Shown piece after piece: positions 25,231 through 29,599 of a stretch of DNA of 29,599 nucleotides (its first letter is position 1; each line of letters starts with the position of its first letter). The notes under the pieces are model-generated. The model saw only the letters and a list, made by a program, of their open reading frames with translations, did no database searches and had not been told where the DNA came from. The stretch comes from Thermoleophilia bacterium (GTDB taxonomy: Bacteria; Actinomycetota; Thermoleophilia; Miltoncostaeales; Miltoncostaeaceae): contig JAOTZF010000001.1 of the NCBI GenBank assembly GCA_029861485.1, forward strand, positions 1-29,599, written 5' to 3'. A program made the position numbers and the translations under genes.

Positions 25231-26390
25231 TCGGAGGCCGCCCCCAGCGCGACGCGAAGCTGTGCATCCCGCGTCTCTGCCTGCCCATCGAGCATGGCGG
25301 CCCGAGCGGCATCGAGGCCGCGGCCGATCGCAGGGCCCTGAGGGACCCCGGCATCGATCAGCGCAGAACCGTCGATCTCCAGTTCTCGCAGGCGGTCGCG
25401 TACGAGCCAGTCCCCGGCCCACGGGGCGCCTCTCGCCGCCGCGACGATCGCCGCCGCGAGCGGCGCCAGCCCGAGCCGCCGATCCGCGGCCGACGGAGAA
25501 TCCATGCGCTGGAGATCGGTCACCAGGTAGTCCGCGGCCGTGGACGCGCGGGCCTGCTCGACGGCCCAGCCGGGTAGCGCGACGCGCCTCAGCAAGGCCT
25601 CGCTGGCAAACCTGCCCATGAGGAGGGGCCACCGTTCGACAACGGGTACGCCGTCGCGTGCCATAACCTCGTCGAGCGAGGCCGCGGTGCCGGGAGGATC
25701 CTCGGCGGCGAGCCCGCGCGCACCGAGCTCTCGGAGCAGCTCGACCGCGGGCGCCGGATCGCGCTCGCCGAAGAGCCGGCGAAGCTCCTCGGCGACCCGA
25801 GCATTGCCCCAATCAAGCCGGGGGGCGTGGGTCTCGGCGGCCCGTCTCGTCCCATTCTCGAGCGCGAAACGGAGCCGCGCGGCTTGGCGCGCCGCGCGCA
25901 CGATGCGGCTGGGGTCCTCCTCGAACGCATCCGGCCGGAGATTGCGGATCAGGCGGCGCTCGAGATCGGCACAGCCGCCGAGTGGATCTACGAGCGTGCC
26001 GGCGTCGGGGCCGACCAGCCGCAGCGCCATGGCATTCACCGTGAAATCCCGGCGCCTCAAGTCATCATCGAGGGTGCCAGGCTCAACCTCCGGCAGAGCC
26101 CCCGGACGTGGATAGCTCTCGCGACGTGCGCCGACGAAGTCGAGATGCGTACCGTCGTCGAAGTGCACCGAGGCCGTCCTGAAGCGCTCGTGCAGGGACA
26201 GCCGCGCCCCGAGCCGCTGCGCCACCCGCCCCGCCACGGCGGCCACGTCGCCCTCGACGACCAGGTCGACGTCATCACCGAGCGGTGTCCCGAGCAACCC
26301 GTCGCGCACCACTCCGCCGACCAGGCTCACGCACGGCTCGAGGGCATCGAGAGCGCGCTCGAGCGCAGGATGCGACCTCACGCGCCTCAT
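25227..26390 (-). CDS. Class II tRNA nucleotidyltransferase (CCA- or A-adding type), no HD/CBS/DHH domains
   Basis: LVGGVVRD, DVDL, RFRTA, ARRESYPRPGALPEV loop, DLRRRDFTVNAMA, EDPSRIVRAAR. Confidence 0.88.
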   Translation of the reverse strand: MRRVRSHPALERALDALEPCVSLVGGVVRDGLLGTPLGDDVDLVVEGDVAAVAGRVAQRLGARLSLHERFRTASVHFDDGTHLDFVGARRESYPRPGALPEVEPGTLDDDLRRRDFTVNAMALRLVGPDAGTLVDPLGGCADLERRLIRNLRPDAFEEDPSRIVRAARQAARLRFALENGTRRAAETHAPRLDWGNARVAEELRRLFGERDPAPAVELLRELGARGLAAEDPPGTAASLDEVMARDGVPVVERWPLLMGRFASEALLRRVALPGWAVEQARASTAADYLVTDLQRMDSPSAADRRLGLAPLAAAIVAAARGAPWAGDWLVRDRLRELEIDGSALIDAGVPQGPAIGRGLDAARAAMLDGQAETRDAQLRVALGAASE

Positions 26391-26395
26391 GAGCC

Positions 26396-26401
26396 TAGAA
26401 T
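26396..26401 (+). promoter_or_regulatory. -10 element (TAGAAT) of a probable leaderless promoter for the 85-aa orphan gene
   Basis: TAGAAT 7 nt upstream of GTG 26409, with no SD. Confidence 0.55.
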
Positions 26402-26408
26402 TGTCGTC

Positions 26409-26666
26409 GTGGCGTCCTATGACCCGCTCTCCGAGAAGCTACCGACCCATGCCAAAGTCGCCGAGCCGCGCCTCGCTGCGGCCCTCGCACGTTACGAGAC
26501 CCTCACCGTGCCAGAGCTGGAGGACGCCTTCGCGCAGAACGACGCGGCGTTCAAGTCCTGGGTCCAGGAGCCGGGCAACGCCGAGCGCCCGATCAACGAG
26601 TTCCCGGGCTACATCGATCGCATCGCGATCGACAGCCTCATCGAGCGCCGCACCTGGATGGAGTAG
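26409..26666 (+). CDS. Hypothetical 85-aa protein (MASYDPLSEKLPTHAK...IERRTWME)
   Basis: C-terminal part of the 25827..26666 ORF. Strong GC3 bias and natural residue composition from GTG 26409, and it exactly fills the gap between the nucleotidyltransferase gene and ridA. No family recognised. Confidence 0.8.
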   Translation: MASYDPLSEKLPTHAKVAEPRLAAALARYETLTVPELEDAFAQNDAAFKSWVQEPGNAERPINEFPGYIDRIAIDSLIERRTWME

Positions 26667-26669
26667 ACC

Positions 26670-27062
26670 TCAGCCGCCGAGGACCGCGATGGCGTCGATC
26701 TCGACCTTGGCACCGAGCGGCAGGGCGCAGACCTCGACGGTGGCGCGAGCCGGCGTGTGGCCCTCGAGCGCCGCGCCGTAAGCGGCGTTGACCGCCCCGA
26801 AGTCGTCGAGGTCGGTCAGATAGATCGTGCAGCGGACGATCTCGGGAATCGATCCGCCGGACGCACGCAGGATGGCGAGCAGGTTGCTCATCGCCTGCTC
26901 GGTCTGCGCGGTGATCTCGTCTGACACGATCTCACCGCTCAGCGGGTCGATCGGCACCTGGCCGGAGATGAAGACCAGCTCTCCGCTGCTCGCGACGATC
27001 GCCTGGCTGTAGGGGGACCCGTGCACCGGAGCCGGCGCGTCGGCAGTACGGATGCTCTTCAC
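26670..27062 (-). CDS. ridA: RidA/YjgF/UK114 family enamine/imine deaminase
   Basis: [37 protein letters not shown] (catalytic Arg), [17 protein letters not shown] overlap with hisF. Confidence 0.92.
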   Translation of the reverse strand: MKSIRTADAPAPVHGSPYSQAIVASSGELVFISGQVPIDPLSGEIVSDEITAQTEQAMSNLLAILRASGGSIPEIVRCTIYLTDLDDFGAVNAAYGAALEGHTPARATVEVCALPLGAKVEIDAIAVLGG

Positions 27063-27814
27063 GGCCGCACCTCCACCCCGTCGCTCGACATCGCCTGCTT
27101 GACCTCGGAGATCGTGTGGATGCCGTCGTGAAAGATCGACGCCGCCAGTACGGCATCGGCGAGCCCCTCTTTCACGGCCTTCGCGAAATCACCCGGTCCG
27201 CCGGCGCCACCGGATGCGATGACCGGTACGCCCACCGCGCCGGACACGGCGGCAAGCAGGTCGGTGTCGAAACCGTCTTGGGTGCCGTCGCGATCCATGC
27301 TCGTGAGCAGGATCTCCCCTGCTCCGCGACCAACTGCTTCCTTCGCCCACTCCACGGCCTCGAGGCCGGTCGGCTCACGGCCCCCGTTGAGGTAGACCTC
27401 CCAACCCCTCCCGTCCTCACGGCGCTTGGCGTCGATGGCGACCACGATGCACTGGGCGCCGAAGCGGGTCGATGCGCGCGTGATGAGGTCCGGGTCCTTG
27501 ACCGCGGCGGAGTTGATGGACACCTTGTCGGCGCCCGCCGCCAGCACCGCCCGAATGTCCTCCTCGGTGCGTATGCCGCCACCGATGGTGAAGGGAATGA
27601 ATACCTGCTCGGCCGTACGCGCGGCGAGGTCCACGATGGTCCGCCGCTTCTCGTGGCTGGCGGTGATGTCCAGGAACACCAGCTCATCGGCGCCCTCGCG
27701 GTCATAGCGGGCTGCGAGCTCAACCGGATCGCCGGCGTCCCGAATGTCGACGAAATTGACGCCCTTCACCACCCGCCCCTGATCGACGTCGAGGCACGGA
27801 ATCACCCTGATCAT
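27059..27814 (-). CDS. hisF: Imidazole glycerol phosphate synthase cyclase subunit
   Basis: [51 protein letters not shown]. Confidence 0.98.
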   Translation of the reverse strand: MIRVIPCLDVDQGRVVKGVNFVDIRDAGDPVELAARYDREGADELVFLDITASHEKRRTIVDLAARTAEQVFIPFTIGGGIRTEEDIRAVLAAGADKVSINSAAVKDPDLITRASTRFGAQCIVVAIDAKRREDGRGWEVYLNGGREPTGLEAVEWAKEAVGRGAGEILLTSMDRDGTQDGFDTDLLAAVSGAVGVPVIASGGAGGPGDFAKAVKEGLADAVLAASIFHDGIHTISEVKQAMSSDGVEVRP

Positions 27815-28560
27815 GCCGCGGCTCCGTCGGCCTCGGCCAGCACACCCACGGCCTCGTCCATCGTGAAGCGCTCCTCGTAGAGCGCGCGCCCCACGACGAC
27901 CCCGGTGATGTTCGGCACGCGGAGATTCTTCACCGACCGCAGATCCCCAAGCGACGAGATGCCGCCTGAGGCGATGACGTTCAACGGCGCAGCCGCACGG
28001 GCGAGTCGTCGCAGCGCCTCATGGTTCGGCCCGCCGAGCATGCCGTCCCGGGCGATGTCGGTGTACAGCAGGTGACGGACCCCGCGCTTGACGAGGTCGG
28101 TCGCGACATCCACTGCATCGCGATCAGTGACCCGAGTCCACGCATGCGTCGCGACCTTCCCGTCGCGGGCGTCGAGCGCGACCACCAATCGATCGCCGAG
28201 CCGCTCCACCGCCCAGGCGAGCAGGTCCGGGTCCTCGAGGGCCACCGTTCCGACCAACACGCGCGTGACCCCCGTTGCGATGGCCGTCTCGATCGCCGCC
28301 CGCGAGCGCAGGCCGCCACCGAGGTGCACCTGCCCCGGGAACTGAGCGGCGATGCTCGCGACCAGGGCTGCGTGGACCGGCTCGCCGGTGCGGGCGCCGT
28401 CGAGATCGACGACGTGGAGGGCCGTCGCACCACCCTCGGCAAACTCGCGCGCCTGCGCCAAGGGGTCGTCGTTGAACACGGTGGAGCGATCGAAATCGCC
28501 CTGCACGAGCCGCACCGCACGGCCATCGCGCAGGTCGATCGCGGGATAGAGAGTGATCAC
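27811..28560 (-). CDS. hisA: ProFAR isomerase
   Basis: [60 protein letters not shown] 28560 overlaps the hisH stop. Confidence 0.96.
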   Translation of the reverse strand: MITLYPAIDLRDGRAVRLVQGDFDRSTVFNDDPLAQAREFAEGGATALHVVDLDGARTGEPVHAALVASIAAQFPGQVHLGGGLRSRAAIETAIATGVTRVLVGTVALEDPDLLAWAVERLGDRLVVALDARDGKVATHAWTRVTDRDAVDVATDLVKRGVRHLLYTDIARDGMLGGPNHEALRRLARAAAPLNVIASGGISSLGDLRSVKNLRVPNITGVVVGRALYEERFTMDEAVGVLAEADGAAA

Positions 28561-29189
28561 GCTGCCGCCGCTACCTCGAGCTCGGTGAGCCAGCGCCTCA
28601 ACAACCCGAGGCCGGCCGTGCTGGATTTCTCGGGGTGGAATTGAACTCCGGTCACGCGCTCTGCCCCGGCGGCGGCGCAAAAACGCTCGCCGTATTCTGC
28701 GGTACCGAGCACGGCCACGGGATCGGCCGGGTGCACAGCGAATGAGTGAACGAAGTAGTACGTGCGGTCGTGCGGGCTGTCCGCCCCGGCGGCGATGGTC
28801 GCCCAGTCGTTCCACTCGACCGTGTTCCAGCCGATCTGCGGCAGCTTCCGATCGGTGCGCAGTGCCCGGACGTCGCCCCTGATCAGCCCGAGCCCGGACT
28901 GGCCGGGGCTCTCCTCACTCTCGTCGAACAAGAGCTGAAGCCCCAGACAGATCCCGAGTACGGTCGAACCGTCCTGGTGGGCTCGGTGCACCGCGTCATC
29001 GAATCCGGCAGCGCGGATGCGCCTCATGGCCTCGCCGAAGTGGCCAACGCCCGGCAGCACGACGGCGGCCGGCACGCCGAGCTCGTCGCCCGAGCGCACA
29101 ACGCGCACGCGCGCGCCGAGACGCTCCAGGGCCTTGACCGCGCTGCGGAGGTTGCTCATCTCGTAGTCGAGGACGACGACCTCGCTCAC
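28557..29189 (-). CDS. hisH: Imidazole glycerol phosphate synthase glutaminase subunit
   Basis: LPGVGHF, LGICLGLQLL, PQIGWN, YFVHS, QFHPEKS. GTG 29189 overlaps the hisB stop. Confidence 0.97.
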   Translation of the reverse strand: MSEVVVLDYEMSNLRSAVKALERLGARVRVVRSGDELGVPAAVVLPGVGHFGEAMRRIRAAGFDDAVHRAHQDGSTVLGICLGLQLLFDESEESPGQSGLGLIRGDVRALRTDRKLPQIGWNTVEWNDWATIAAGADSPHDRTYYFVHSFAVHPADPVAVLGTAEYGERFCAAAGAERVTGVQFHPEKSSTAGLGLLRRWLTELEVAAAA

Positions 29190-29599
29190 AAGGAACCTTT
29201 GGTCGACGGAATGCCGGTCACCCTCGGATTGTGGCTGACCGCGACCCGCAACGCACGGGCGACGGCCTTGAAGCACACCTCGATTTCATGGTGAGGGTTG
29301 CCGCCGTTCCTCAAGGTGAGGTGGAGCGTCAGACGACCGTGGGAGGCCAGCGAGCGCATGAACTCCTCGAGGAGATCGGTCTCGAAGCCGCCGATGTTGC
29401 CCGGCGGCACGTCGACATCGACGACTGCCAAGGGGCGCCCGGAGATGTCGATCGCCGCCTCGGCCAGGCACTCGTCCATCGGCACCAGAGCGGCGCCGTA
29501 GCGCTCGATGCCGCTTCGATCGCCAAGCGCGCTGTGGATAGCCTGGCCGATGGCGATGCCGGTGTCCTCCACGGTGTGGTGGCTGCCGGTTTCGAGATC
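29186..29599 (-). CDS. hisB: Imidazoleglycerol-phosphate dehydratase (5' truncated by window edge)
   Basis: HHTVED, PMDECLA, DISGRP, GGNPHHEIEVCFKA, IPSTKGSL. Confidence 0.97.
   Translation of the reverse strand, partial: DLETGSHHTVEDTGIAIGQAIHSALGDRSGIERYGAALVPMDECLAEAAIDISGRPLAVVDVDVPPGNIGGFETDLLEEFMRSLASHGRLTLHLTLRNGGNPHHEIEVCFKAVARALRVAVSHNPRVTGIPSTKGSL

Noticed and set aside
27811-28560. Bifunctional PriA (HisA/TrpF)
   Set aside because: Motifs ([14 protein letters not shown]) match monofunctional HisA rather than the LLPAVDV/ELSGGIRD pattern I associate with actinomycete PriA.

Overview
High-GC (about 70% by eye) bacterial chromosomal window. Gene style and order suggest a deep-branching Actinomycetota such as Thermoleophilia; this is inference. 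Bases ~8,070-29,599 are core genome and almost entirely on the minus strand. In transcription order: hisB(partial)-hisH-hisA-hisF-ridA, one opposite-strand 85-aa orphan gene, tRNA nucleotidyltransferase-pgeF-yggS-sepF-proC-yggT-DUF167-lspA-rluD, rpsB-tsf-pyrH-frr-uppS-cdsA-(M42 peptidase)-dxr-rseP-ispG-(class V PLP enzyme)-proS-tRNA-Pro(GGG). Bases 1-8,070, just past the tRNA 3' end, look like an accessory island. It holds an MDR-family oxidoreductase, an ABC ATPase/FtsX-type permease pair, a membrane-anchored CxxCH heme protein and a complete IS3-family element. The most striking unexplained structure is a family of ~22-bp semi-palindromic sites (GTGGGA-N-T(G/C)A(A/G)GT(T/C)G-AACC...). These sit between cargo modules: paired inside two near-identical 116-bp direct repeats flanking the oxidoreductase, and as a single degenerate copy between the ABC module and the heme gene. 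The layout suggests a recombinase-driven cassette array, but no recombinase lies in the window, so this remains a hypothesis.
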